From an uncultured Candidatus Saccharibacteria bacterium (lineage in GTDB: Bacteria > Patescibacteriota > Minisyncoccia > Phycocordibacterales > Zambryskibacteraceae): DNA of 64,000 bases. Shown piece by piece: positions 55,856 through 64,000 of the stretch. The notes below the pieces were generated by a model that saw only the letters and a list, made by a program, of their open reading frames with translations, was not told the DNA's origin and did no database searches. A program made the translations under genes and the position numbers. The DNA is taken from the NCBI GenBank assembly GCA_964446535.1, contig CAYUOR010000001.1, forward strand, positions 7,283 to 71,282, written 5' to 3'. The stretch's first letter is position 1; each line of letters begins with the position of its first letter.

Positions 55856-56638
55856 TTACTGCTTCAATCCAAGTCCTGTCCTGATTAGGTACCAATTTAT
55901 GGCGACAAGAATTGCGACGAGACTAAAAAGTAAACCCACCGAGATGGCGAGGGAAACATCGGTAATGCCCAAGAAGCCGTAGCGGAAACCGTTTATTAAG
56001 TAAAAGAGTGGGTTGAAATGGGTCGCGACCTGCCACCAGTGCGGTAAGCTCTCAATCGAGTAGAAAATACCGCCTAAGTAAATCAGGGGTGTCAGGACGA
56101 ATGTCGGCACTATGTTTATACCGTCAATACTCTTGGCATAAATACCGTTCACTAACCCCGCGAGAGAAAAAACAATGGAAGTAAGAAGGGCGAAACTAAA
56201 GATTATCAAGGCGCTGTGGATAGATATGTCAAGCCCGGTAAAGAAAAGGGAGACTAGGAGAACCAGGGTGCCGACAATAACGCCTCGTGCCACCCCTCCG
56301 CCGACAAACCCGAGAACTAAGAGCCATGGCGGAGTTGGCGAGACAAGAATTTCGTCAATAGAGCGAGCGAAAAACTTTGAGGTAAAGAAGGTGAAAGAAG
56401 TGTTGGCATAAGCACTCGTCACAATGGCAAGCATCACAAGACCCGGCACTACGAATTTCATATAACTCACCCCCTGCATCTCCCCTATTTGCGAGCCGAT
56501 GATGGAGCCGAAAACCAGGAAGTAGAGAACGGAAGTAACAACGGGCGGCAAGAAGGTCTGCACCCAAATACGAAACATCCTGACGACGTCTTTGCGAACC
56601 ATGGTGTAGAAGGATGTCCAGAGTTTTTCGGCGCTCAT
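55856..56638 (-). CDS. ABC-2 type transporter permease
   Basis: 6 TM helices with ABC-2 family topology. Overlaps the ATPase gene by 4 nt. Confidence 0.75.
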   Translation of the reverse strand: MSAEKLWTSFYTMVRKDVVRMFRIWVQTFLPPVVTSVLYFLVFGSIIGSQIGEMQGVSYMKFVVPGLVMLAIVTSAYANTSFTFFTSKFFARSIDEILVSPTPPWLLVLGFVGGGVARGVIVGTLVLLVSLFFTGLDISIHSALIIFSFALLTSIVFSLAGLVNGIYAKSIDGINIVPTFVLTPLIYLGGIFYSIESLPHWWQVATHFNPLFYLINGFRYGFLGITDVSLAISVGLLFSLVAILVAINWYLIRTGLGLKQ

Positions 56639-57393
56639 GATTTTGTTAGTTTAAGAAATACTTCTTCCAGTCGCCCGCCACGGTAACCCTCTTTTTTCTC
56701 TTCCCTATCGTGCAGTTTGATAATTTCTTCTACACTGCCTTTGGCAACAATCTCGCCCTTGTTGATTATCGCGATATCTCGGCAGAGCTGTTCGGCTTCT
56801 TCCAAGTAGTGGGTTGTGAGAAGTATGGTTAGCCCTTCTTTGGTAAGTGAGCGCAGGTAATCCCACATCCCTCGGCGGAGCTCCACATCCACCCCCGCCG
56901 TCGGCTCGTCAAGGACGAGAAATCGCGGCTCGTGAACCAGGGCGCGAGCAATCATCAAGCGCCGCTTCATCCCGCCCGAAAGCGTCATAGCACTCTGATC
57001 CATCTTCTCTCCTAGTCCAAGATCGGTTAAAACTCGCTTAGCGCGCGGTACGGCAAGAGATCTTGGAATGCCGTAGTAACCCGCCTGGTTCACAACAATG
57101 TCTAAAGGTTTTTCAAACGGATTAAAATTAACTTCCTGCCCCACGAGACCGATCTGGGCTTTCGCACGCTCGGGTTCTTTATCTATATCATGGCCGAAAA
57201 CTGTTACTTTACCGTCCGTCTTATTTACAAGCCCAGTGGCAATACCTATAAGGGTTGTTTTACCCGCCCCGTTAGGACCGAGAAGCCCGAAAAAGTCTCC
57301 TCGAGGTACTTCAAGTGAAACACCCTTGAGCGCCTCTGTGCCTGTCTTATATTTTTTCTTCAGATTTTCTACTTTGAGCGCGGGCAGATCCAT
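56635..57393 (-). CDS. ABC transporter ATP-binding protein
   Basis: Walker A GPNGAGKTT, signature LSGGMKRR, Walker B LVLDEPTAGVD. Start set at the internal ATG (MDLPALKV), since the track N-terminus overlaps the divergent gene. Confidence 0.8.
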   Translation of the reverse strand: MDLPALKVENLKKKYKTGTEALKGVSLEVPRGDFFGLLGPNGAGKTTLIGIATGLVNKTDGKVTVFGHDIDKEPERAKAQIGLVGQEVNFNPFEKPLDIVVNQAGYYGIPRSLAVPRAKRVLTDLGLGEKMDQSAMTLSGGMKRRLMIARALVHEPRFLVLDEPTAGVDVELRRGMWDYLRSLTKEGLTILLTTHYLEEAEQLCRDIAIINKGEIVAKGSVEEIIKLHDREEKKEGYRGGRLEEVFLKLTKS

Positions 57394-57439
57394 TGGTGAA
57401 AAGTTTTCGTATTCTATCACGATCCAGACTCTTGGGGCG

Positions 57440-57448
57440 TGGTATAAT
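57440..57448 (+). promoter_or_regulatory. Extended -10 (TGgTATAAT) 7 nt upstream of the TMEM175-like gene ATG (leaderless-type)
   Basis: cgTGgTATAATgtggaaaATGtca. Confidence 0.4.
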
Positions 57449-57455
57449 GTGGAAA

Positions 57456-58076
57456 ATGTCACATACAAGGTTAGACCAACTCTCCGACGGTATCTTTGCC
57501 ATAGTGATGACAATTCTCGTCTTCGAAATCAGGGTACCGGAGATTTATGGCACCTACACCAACCTTGGCTTATGGACCGAGGTGAAGGCGCTCCTGCCCA
57601 CTTTTTTGTCTTATTTATTATCGTTTGCCCTACTTTTCACCTATTGGCGCGCCCACCACTTCTTCATCTCAATTTATGCCAAAAATGTTGACCTGATGCT
57701 GACCAATATCAACGCCCTATTTTTCATGCTTATCTCTCTTATACCGTTTTCGGCAAGTTTTTTGGGTAAATATAATGAGAACGAAATTTCTGTCGCTATC
57801 TTTGGCATTCATATTATTCTCATCGGACTATCTCTATACTCTATGCGAAGCTACGTTCTCTATTCCGACCATATAAAAAATCCGGAGATCAGCCACCGCG
57901 AAATTCGCGGCTCAACTATCAGAACCATGATGCCCGTCATCTTCGCCGGTGTCGCTATCCCTCTTTCTTTCGTGAGCATTAACATTTCCTTGGTTGTCTT
58001 TACCCTGGCGGTGCTCTTTAACCTCTCTTCCGCTAGCACCAGAATCTTTGAAAGAATATTCAGGTTTGCCCATTAA
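57456..58076 (+). CDS. DUF1211 / TMEM175-like putative K+ channel
   Basis: N-terminal signature RLDQLSDGIFAIVMTILVFE matches the TMEM175 RxxxFSDGxFAIxxTLL motif; 6 TM helices. Confidence 0.6.
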   Translation: MSHTRLDQLSDGIFAIVMTILVFEIRVPEIYGTYTNLGLWTEVKALLPTFLSYLLSFALLFTYWRAHHFFISIYAKNVDLMLTNINALFFMLISLIPFSASFLGKYNENEISVAIFGIHIILIGLSLYSMRSYVLYSDHIKNPEISHREIRGSTIRTMMPVIFAGVAIPLSFVSINISLVVFTLAVLFNLSSASTRIFERIFRFAH

Positions 58077-58119
58077 TTTTTTGCATTTTGAATCAATTTA
58101 AGCGAGAATTACCAACTAC

Positions 58120-60051
58120 ATGAAAAGCAGGTCGGAAACGTCGGTAAAGGTATTGGAAGGCACAGTTCGAGTTACGGGTAAGGGGGTTGGCTACTTCCCT
58201 ATTCCCGATACGGAAGAGGACTTCGAAATACAGCCGGAGAATCTTAAAACAGCACTTAATCGCGACCGTGTTAGGGTTGTGTCTCTCGGCACGGAAACTT
58301 TCGGTAGAAAGCAAGCAAGAGTTGAGGAGATTGTTGAGAGACACAAGGTTGAGTTTGTCGGCTCTCTAGAAAAGACGGATTCTGGTTTTTTCCTAGTGCC
58401 GGACGATAAGCGACTTTATCGCGATATATTCGTGCCGGTAGAGAAAACTAGAGAGGCCCGAGAGGGTGACAAGGTACAGGTAAAGATTACCGAGTGGCAA
58501 GACGCCGCGAAGAGTCCAAAGGGTGAAGTAATTCGTGTGATCGGCCGCGCCGGCGAGCACAACGCCGAGATGCTTGGAATTGTGTATGAATCGGGCTTTG
58601 AAGTTGATTTTCCACCAGAAGTGGAAAAAGAAGCCCGTGCCTGGAAAGAAAAATACAAAGCCGAAGATAAATTAAAAGACCGCCGAGACTTCCGCGATAG
58701 AACAACATTCACGATAGATCCCGAAAACGCCAAAGATTTTGATGACGCCCTTTCGCTCAAAATATTACCGAACGGCGACTTTGAAGTTGGCGTTCACATT
58801 GCGGATGTTTCGCACTTCGTAAAAGTAGATACAGCGCTTGATAAAGAGGCCAAGGCGCGTGGCACTTCAATTTACCTTGTGGATAGAACCATTCCCATGC
58901 TTCCGGAGGTTTTATCGAACGACCTATGCTCTCTTAACCCCAATGAGCCTAAATACGCTTTCTCCGCGGTTTTCGTCCTAGACGAGGACGCCAAGGTCAA
59001 GGAACGCTGGTTTGGTAAAACTCTTATAGAATCAGATAAGCGCTTTAATTACGAAGAAGCGCAAAGTATTCTCGATGAGAAACAGGGAGTATTTTATGAA
59101 GAACTAAAAACCCTGAACAATCTTGCTCTCAAACTAAGAAAAGAAAAATTTAAAAAGGGTGCTATTGATTTTGAAACCGACGAAGTGCAGTTTGAGCTAG
59201 ACGATTTGGGCAAGCCGGTAAGAATTTACAAAAAGGAGCGTAAGGACACCAACAAACTTATTGAAGATTTTATGCTCCTTGCCAATCGCGAGGTGGCGGC
59301 CTTTATGCACGGCGTTAATGGAAATTCCCGCGCAGCCTTCGTCTATAGGATTCATGATGCTCCAGATAGAGAAAAAATCCTTAACCTTGCCACCTTTGTT
59401 AAGGCGCTTGGATTTGAACTTAGAAATAAGGATGGCGAGACAACCAACGAAGACATCGTTAAGCTCTTACGCTCGGTTGAGGGTACCACGGCGGAAATGC
59501 TCGTCAAAACTGCGGCAGTCCGCGCCATGTCCAAGGCGATTTATTCAACTACAAACATTGGCCACTTTGGTCTGGCTTTTGATTACTATACGCACTTTAC
59601 TTCCCCTATCAGGCGTTATCCGGATTTGATGGTTCATCGTCTTTTACACCGTTTTCTCATTAAAGGAAAGATTGAGCAGGATGAAATAATTAAATACCAA
59701 AAACTCTGTGATTATTCGAGCGAACGTGAAATCGAGGCGGCAGAAGCAGAGCGTGCCTCCATTAAATATAAGCAGGTCGAGTATATGCAGGAACATATCG
59801 GCGAAGTGTTTGATGCCACGATATCTGGTGTTTCCGAGTGGGGTGTCTACGTTGAAGAGGCTTTAACGCGAGCGGAAGGTATGGTTAGAGTTCGCGATAT
59901 GAAAGACGACTTTTATGAACTTAACAAGAACCTCTATGCCCTCGTCGGTAAAAGAAGTGGTAAAAAATATTCCTTAAGCGACAAGGTGCGGGTCAAACTC
60001 GTGGCTTCTGATCCCGAGCGAAAAACTCTTGATTTTCAGTTTGTAGAATAG
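58120..60051 (+). CDS. rnr: Ribonuclease R (RNB family 3'-5' exoribonuclease)
   Basis: Cold-shock-like N-terminus, RNB catalytic domain (DPENAKDFDDALS; HFGLAFDYYTHFTSPIRRYPD), C-terminal S1 domain. Confidence 0.85.
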   Translation: MKSRSETSVKVLEGTVRVTGKGVGYFPIPDTEEDFEIQPENLKTALNRDRVRVVSLGTETFGRKQARVEEIVERHKVEFVGSLEKTDSGFFLVPDDKRLYRDIFVPVEKTREAREGDKVQVKITEWQDAAKSPKGEVIRVIGRAGEHNAEMLGIVYESGFEVDFPPEVEKEARAWKEKYKAEDKLKDRRDFRDRTTFTIDPENAKDFDDALSLKILPNGDFEVGVHIADVSHFVKVDTALDKEAKARGTSIYLVDRTIPMLPEVLSNDLCSLNPNEPKYAFSAVFVLDEDAKVKERWFGKTLIESDKRFNYEEAQSILDEKQGVFYEELKTLNNLALKLRKEKFKKGAIDFETDEVQFELDDLGKPVRIYKKERKDTNKLIEDFMLLANREVAAFMHGVNGNSRAAFVYRIHDAPDREKILNLATFVKALGFELRNKDGETTNEDIVKLLRSVEGTTAEMLVKTAAVRAMSKAIYSTTNIGHFGLAFDYYTHFTSPIRRYPDLMVHRLLHRFLIKGKIEQDEIIKYQKLCDYSSEREIEAAEAERASIKYKQVEYMQEHIGEVFDATISGVSEWGVYVEEALTRAEGMVRVRDMKDDFYELNKNLYALVGKRSGKKYSLSDKVRVKLVASDPERKTLDFQFVE

Positions 60052-62283
60052 TTACTTGGCCACCTCCACCGCCTCATCGAACGATATAGAAAGAAGTTTG
60101 GAGATTCCGTTGGCACCCATAGTAACTCCGTAGATAACGCCCGCGCGAGACATGGTCTCTCGGTTGTGGGTAATTAAAATCAGCTGAGAGCGCTTAGAAA
60201 GCATTTCAACAAGGTCGCCATATTTCTTGGAATTTGCTTCATCAAGCGCCGCGTCCGTTTCATCAAGAATTATAAATGGCGGTGGATTAACCTGTGAGAT
60301 GGCAAAAATAAGGGCAATAGAAGTAAGGGCTCTCTCGCCTCCTGAAAGCATGATAAGACCTTTAATTTTTTTCTTAGGGAGACTAACCTTAATATCAAGA
60401 CCCTCTTCTGTCTTCTCATCTTTTTCATACTCTTGAATTTCTTCACCTTCCGCCTCGCTTGCTTCTTTTCTTTCTGATTCTTTTGTCAGAATTAGGCTTG
60501 CCTCACCGCCACCGAACATAGTAACGAAGAGTTTGCCAAATTCCTGATTAATCTTCTTAAGGCCGGAGGCAAACTCTGTTGCAAGTCTTGTTTCAAGCTC
60601 TTTGATTAATTCCGAGAGTGTTTTTGCAGATTCTGACAGGTCAGAGAGTTCTCGTTCAAGGAACGCGTCTCTCTCTGAGGTGTCTTTATATTCCTTATAT
60701 ATATCTTCGGCGCCGGAGACGCTGGAGTCTTCAAGTCTTACTTTATATTTTTCGATTTCCCTTTTTCTTTCTTCCTGCTTTTGTCTGTCTTCGAAAAGAT
60801 TATCCGACTTACTGGAATCGGATGGATTTTCCATTTTATGAAGAGTGTTACCCGACCCAATTAAAGCCGATGTCTCCTCAAGCTCGCGCTTAAACTCTGC
60901 TTCTTCAAGATTTAGTTTGTCCTCACGCATCTTAATTATGTTAAGCTGCGAGATTAGCTCGTTTTCCTCGGACATTATTCTGAAAACATCTTTTTCCGCG
61001 TCACGGCTTGAGTCTTTTTCTGTTTCTATTTCTTTTTTTAACTGTTCATATTCTTCACCTAATTTTTTCTCCTTTTCTTCGACCTCTTTAAACTTAATAT
61101 CAACCAGGCTTTTTTCTTTAAGATATTTACCCAGGGTTTCTTCGGCCTCAAGAAGCGTGTTTGAGTCAGCCGACTCTTTCTTGCTCTTAATAAATTCGGT
61201 TATCTTCCGTTTGATTCTTTCAAAAAGTCCTTCACTCTGCTTTTCCTCAAAGATTTCTTCTGCTAACTTCTCGACATCCTTAAGTCTAATCATCTTGTGC
61301 TCGTCGGAGAGCACGAGCTCTTTCTGTTTTTTAATGATCCGCTCTTCCGAGGCGACAAGTCCCTCAAACTTGCCGAGCTCTCTGGCTAGTGCGTCTTTGT
61401 GTACTCTGACTTCGGAGAGTCTTTTTTCCAATTCAAGCACCGCGAATTCTTTTTTCTCTTTTTTAGCCGCTTTTTCAAGGATTTTTTTCGCGTTAGCTAG
61501 CTCGACGGAAAGTTTTTCAAGTTTAGCCTTTATCGGTCGACGTTCTTCAGCCATAGCCGAACGAGAAATATTCAGATATAAATTTTCATCCCGGAAATAT
61601 TCGGTAGCAAGTTTTACAAGCTCGGCTCTCATACCCTCAACTTTATCGAGCTTCTCAACTTGTTTTTTAAGAAACTTCATGTGTGGAGCAATTTCTTTCC
61701 TCAGGGCCTCCACCTGGGCAATGTTTTCAAATGTTTTTTTGAGCTTGCGTTCACTCTCTAGACGTTTGTATTGATAGAGTTTGAGTCCAAGAGCGTCTTC
61801 AACCATGGCCTTTCGTTCGCGCGGATTGGCATTAAGAATCCTGTCGGCTTCACCTTGAGAAATTATATGGTGACCTGAAGCTCCTATGTGGGCGCGCGCC
61901 AGAAGTTCCACAATATCCTTGAGTCTAACCGGGGAGCCGTTGATTAAATATTCGTTAACACCATCGCGGTGTACCACGCGCTCTATCGAAACTTCCGGAA
62001 AATCTATTTCAAAAACTTTATCCGTATTATCAAAAACTACTTTGACAAAAGCTCTGTTAGCGCGCGGCTCGCTTGTGGCGCCGTTCCAGATCAGGTCCTC
62101 ACCGCGCTTTCCCCTCATGCTCTTTATCGACTGCTCACCGAGAACAAACCTAAACGCTTCGGCTACATTGGACTTACCCGAGCCGTTTGGACCAACAATC
62201 GCGGAAACCGCCGAGTCAAATTTAAAAATATTGCTTTTGGCAAACGATTTGAACCCGGATAACTCTATCGACTTCAGATACAT
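60052..62283 (-). CDS. SMC-like chromosome segregation ATPase, compact form without recognizable hinge domain
   Basis: N-terminal Walker A GPNGSGKSN and C-terminal signature/Walker B LSGGERALTSIALIFAI...ILDETDAALD, joined by a continuous coiled-coil; 743 aa. Confidence 0.75.
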   Translation of the reverse strand: MYLKSIELSGFKSFAKSNIFKFDSAVSAIVGPNGSGKSNVAEAFRFVLGEQSIKSMRGKRGEDLIWNGATSEPRANRAFVKVVFDNTDKVFEIDFPEVSIERVVHRDGVNEYLINGSPVRLKDIVELLARAHIGASGHHIISQGEADRILNANPRERKAMVEDALGLKLYQYKRLESERKLKKTFENIAQVEALRKEIAPHMKFLKKQVEKLDKVEGMRAELVKLATEYFRDENLYLNISRSAMAEERRPIKAKLEKLSVELANAKKILEKAAKKEKKEFAVLELEKRLSEVRVHKDALARELGKFEGLVASEERIIKKQKELVLSDEHKMIRLKDVEKLAEEIFEEKQSEGLFERIKRKITEFIKSKKESADSNTLLEAEETLGKYLKEKSLVDIKFKEVEEKEKKLGEEYEQLKKEIETEKDSSRDAEKDVFRIMSEENELISQLNIIKMREDKLNLEEAEFKRELEETSALIGSGNTLHKMENPSDSSKSDNLFEDRQKQEERKREIEKYKVRLEDSSVSGAEDIYKEYKDTSERDAFLERELSDLSESAKTLSELIKELETRLATEFASGLKKINQEFGKLFVTMFGGGEASLILTKESERKEASEAEGEEIQEYEKDEKTEEGLDIKVSLPKKKIKGLIMLSGGERALTSIALIFAISQVNPPPFIILDETDAALDEANSKKYGDLVEMLSKRSQLILITHNRETMSRAGVIYGVTMGANGISKLLSISFDEAVEVAK

Positions 62284-62285
62284 AT

Positions 62286-62999
62286 TTACTTCCAGCCGCG
62301 CGCCTCAAGAGCTTTTCGCGCCGCCTCTTGTTCGGCGTCCTGCTTAGATTTACCCGTTCCCTCGCCGTAAAGTTCTCCTGAAATATAAACCCCAACCGTG
62401 AAGTGTTTGTCGTGATCTGGCCCCGATTCACTAAGAGTTTTATAGGTCGGTGTTTTAGCCGTATATTCCTGTGCTTTTTCCTGTAAGAGACTTTTGGCAT
62501 CTATCCAGGCACCCTTCTTTATGATTTCCGGCACAAGAGGGGCAATATTGGATAATATGAACTCTTTTGCTACTTCGTAACCGCGGTCAAGATAGATTGC
62601 CCCGATAAGCGCTTCTAAAGTATTGGCCAGAATATACTGACGGGCTCGTCCAGAATCCTTCGCCTCACCGCGAGAGAGAAGCAGGTAGTTATTCATACCG
62701 AGCTTTTGCGCTACTAGGCCGCAAGTATCTGCGTTTACCAGGGCGGAACGCAGTGAAGTTAGCTCCCCTTCGTTAGATTCCTTAAGACTGCCGTAGAGAT
62801 GATCTGTAATAACGAGTTCCAGGACGGCATCACCGAGAAATTCAAGACGCTCATTGTGCTCAAGTTTTGATTCGCGATTTTCGTTTATATAAGAACGGTG
62901 GGTAAAAGCCTGCTTAAGAAGACCTTTGTCGCCAAACGTCACCCCTATTTTTTCCTCAAATTTTGAAAAATCTGTGCTCATATTATTTTGACTCCGCAA
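62286..62999 (-). CDS. rnc: Ribonuclease III
   Basis: RNase III signature ERLEFLGDAVLELVIT plus a C-terminal dsRBD. Confidence 0.9.
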   Translation of the reverse strand: MRSQNNMSTDFSKFEEKIGVTFGDKGLLKQAFTHRSYINENRESKLEHNERLEFLGDAVLELVITDHLYGSLKESNEGELTSLRSALVNADTCGLVAQKLGMNNYLLLSRGEAKDSGRARQYILANTLEALIGAIYLDRGYEVAKEFILSNIAPLVPEIIKKGAWIDAKSLLQEKAQEYTAKTPTYKTLSESGPDHDKHFTVGVYISGELYGEGTGKSKQDAEQEAARKALEARGWK

Positions 63000-63903
63000 G
63001 CCGAGTGACGGCCTTGGTAATTATCGGCAACATGTCGTCATAGAAATTAAGGTCAAGAATATCGGAAAGTTTAAACCAACGAACATCATCGAGCCCACCC
63101 TTTTCCTCTTTATTATCTAAGGTTAACTCCTGGAATGGCGCCTTAGCAAGAAAATAGGTTACGTGTTTCGTAATTTTGCCCTTTTCTGGGTGATATGTTT
63201 GGTAAGAGTTTTCACCAAGGCGTTCCACAATAGTCACTGGCACCCCCAGCTCCTCCTTGGCACCGCGACGAAGCGCATCTTCCTCATTTTCTTTGTTTTC
63301 AAGCTTACCTTTAGTCAGGGTCCAGTGCCCGAAAACGTCGTGAACAAGCGCAAGATATGTCTCGCCTTTATGCTCGGCAAAAACAACGGCGCCGGATAGT
63401 CGTGTTACCGGCAATTTATCAACAGGAACATTGCCGTATTTTTTCTTTGGTTTTGAAATGTCATTTTTGCCTGGCTCACCCATCTCTTTGTAGATAGCGC
63501 CGAGAACTCCGTTAACAAAGCGTCCGGAAGCCTCGCCACCAAAAGTTTTTGCGAGCTCTATGGCTTCGTTTATCGCAACCTTAGGTGGTACCTCGGATCT
63601 GTCGGCAAAGAGAAGTTCGGCAAGACCTATGCGCAAAATGTTGCGATCAACCGCAGAAATTTTATCTATCGGCCAGTCAGGGGCCGCTTTCTCTATCAAG
63701 GTATCCAGATCTTTCTTTTTATCCAAAACGAGTTTCAAGAGATTATCCATAAAGGTTCGGTCGTTTGAACCTGGCGCAAACTCCGTCATAACACGCTCGA
63801 AAATCGGACCTATTTCGCCTGCTTTTTTATTTTCAAAATCCCACTCAAAGAGGGTCTGTAGGACGACTGACCTCGATAAATGTCGGTTTGACATAAAGAA
63901 CAA
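62983..63903 (-). CDS. nusB: NusB-family transcription antitermination domain fused to a NUDIX hydrolase domain
   Basis: N-terminal NusB fold (RSVVLQTLFEWDF; DRNILRIGLAELLF; RFVNGVLG). C-terminal NUDIX box GKLENKENEEDALRRGAKEELGV (Gx5Ex7R[G]AxEExGV). Confidence 0.75.
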   Translation of the reverse strand: MFFMSNRHLSRSVVLQTLFEWDFENKKAGEIGPIFERVMTEFAPGSNDRTFMDNLLKLVLDKKKDLDTLIEKAAPDWPIDKISAVDRNILRIGLAELLFADRSEVPPKVAINEAIELAKTFGGEASGRFVNGVLGAIYKEMGEPGKNDISKPKKKYGNVPVDKLPVTRLSGAVVFAEHKGETYLALVHDVFGHWTLTKGKLENKENEEDALRRGAKEELGVPVTIVERLGENSYQTYHPEKGKITKHVTYFLAKAPFQELTLDNKEEKGGLDDVRWFKLSDILDLNFYDDMLPIITKAVTRLAESK

Positions 63904-63908
63904 AAGAA

Positions 63909-64000
63909 CTACTTGGTCTCTTTGGTTTTTTTAGCTTTTTTATCTATTTTAGCCGTTAAATCAACGATTTTTCTGCCACGATAAGTGCCGCTTGCCTTGG
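63909..64000 (-). CDS. 3' end of a gene extending beyond the window (Lys-rich C-terminal tail)
   Basis: The minus-strand frame reads ...KASGTYRGRKIVDLTAKIDKKAKKTKETK then a stop at about 63909-63911. Confidence 0.3.
   Translation of the reverse strand, partial: KASGTYRGRKIVDLTAKIDKKAKKTKETK

Noticed and set aside
60845-61774. 309-aa plus-strand ORF, Ser/Leu-rich, inside the SMC-like gene
   Set aside because: It is antisense to a well-supported SMC coding frame and its low-complexity composition has no start context.
1-64000. CRISPR arrays, rRNA genes, transposases/integrases, prophage genes
   Set aside because: Scanning intergenic regions found no regularly spaced direct repeats, no rRNA-like conserved segments and no recognizable mobile-element genes. 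The repeats found are the palindrome pair and the terminator hairpins only.

Overview
This 64 kb window looks like a chromosomal segment from a small-genome, Patescibacteria/CPR-like bacterium (a guess from gene content, not from any search). GC is about 45% with localized higher-GC islands. There are roughly 75 protein genes in long co-directional runs with tight spacing, no rRNA, no CRISPR and no obvious transposase or integrase. Housekeeping genes dominate: ftsE/ftsX, murA, dgkA, dnaX (short gamma-only form), dus, serS, dprA, topA, a minimal relA/spoT homolog, parB, a P-type Ca2+-type ATPase, miaA, rpmG, clpB, a cysteine desulfurase, infB (short form)-rbfA, RNase R, a hinge-less SMC-like ATPase, RNase III and a NusB-NUDIX fusion. 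Nine tRNAs are present (Gln-UUG, Leu-CAA, Trp-CCA, Tyr-GUA, Gly-CCC, Lys-CUU, Cys-GCA, Leu-UAA, Leu-UAG), four of them clustered at 55.0-55.5 kb. The accessory content is: two giant secreted surface proteins (1260 and 1111 aa); a membrane cupredoxin beside a GH130 glycoside phosphorylase-like gene; a CAP-domain protein; a desaturase; two DoxX paralogs; and several higher-GC, Shine-Dalgarno-led putative acquired genes. The most unusual region is 20.7-24.0 kb on the minus strand. It holds three paralogous small Cys/His-rich proteins (about 66-71 aa, shared motif GH(D/E)Y...C..C.FGCGC(W)...HxFGKCPKNP), each with a strong AGGAGG-type ribosome-binding site, two of them monocistronic with their own terminators. 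They are interleaved with two paralogous acidic helical proteins (about 90 aa), an unannotated 59-aa single-pass membrane protein, a DUF1428 protein, a META-domain secreted protein and a truncated HAD-like protein. I cannot assign this module to any described system. A second general observation is that many core genes appear to be expressed from leaderless or near-leaderless mRNAs, with a TAnnnT -10 hexamer sitting 6-9 nt upstream of the ATG, whereas the putative acquired genes use canonical SD sequences. A 19-20 bp perfect palindrome (CCTGCCTGCGCAGGCAGGC) occurs twice, once in a divergent promoter region and once inside a coding sequence. ORF coordinates were taken from the supplied track and adjusted where start-codon context argued for it; coordinates I derived by hand may be off by 1-2 nt.
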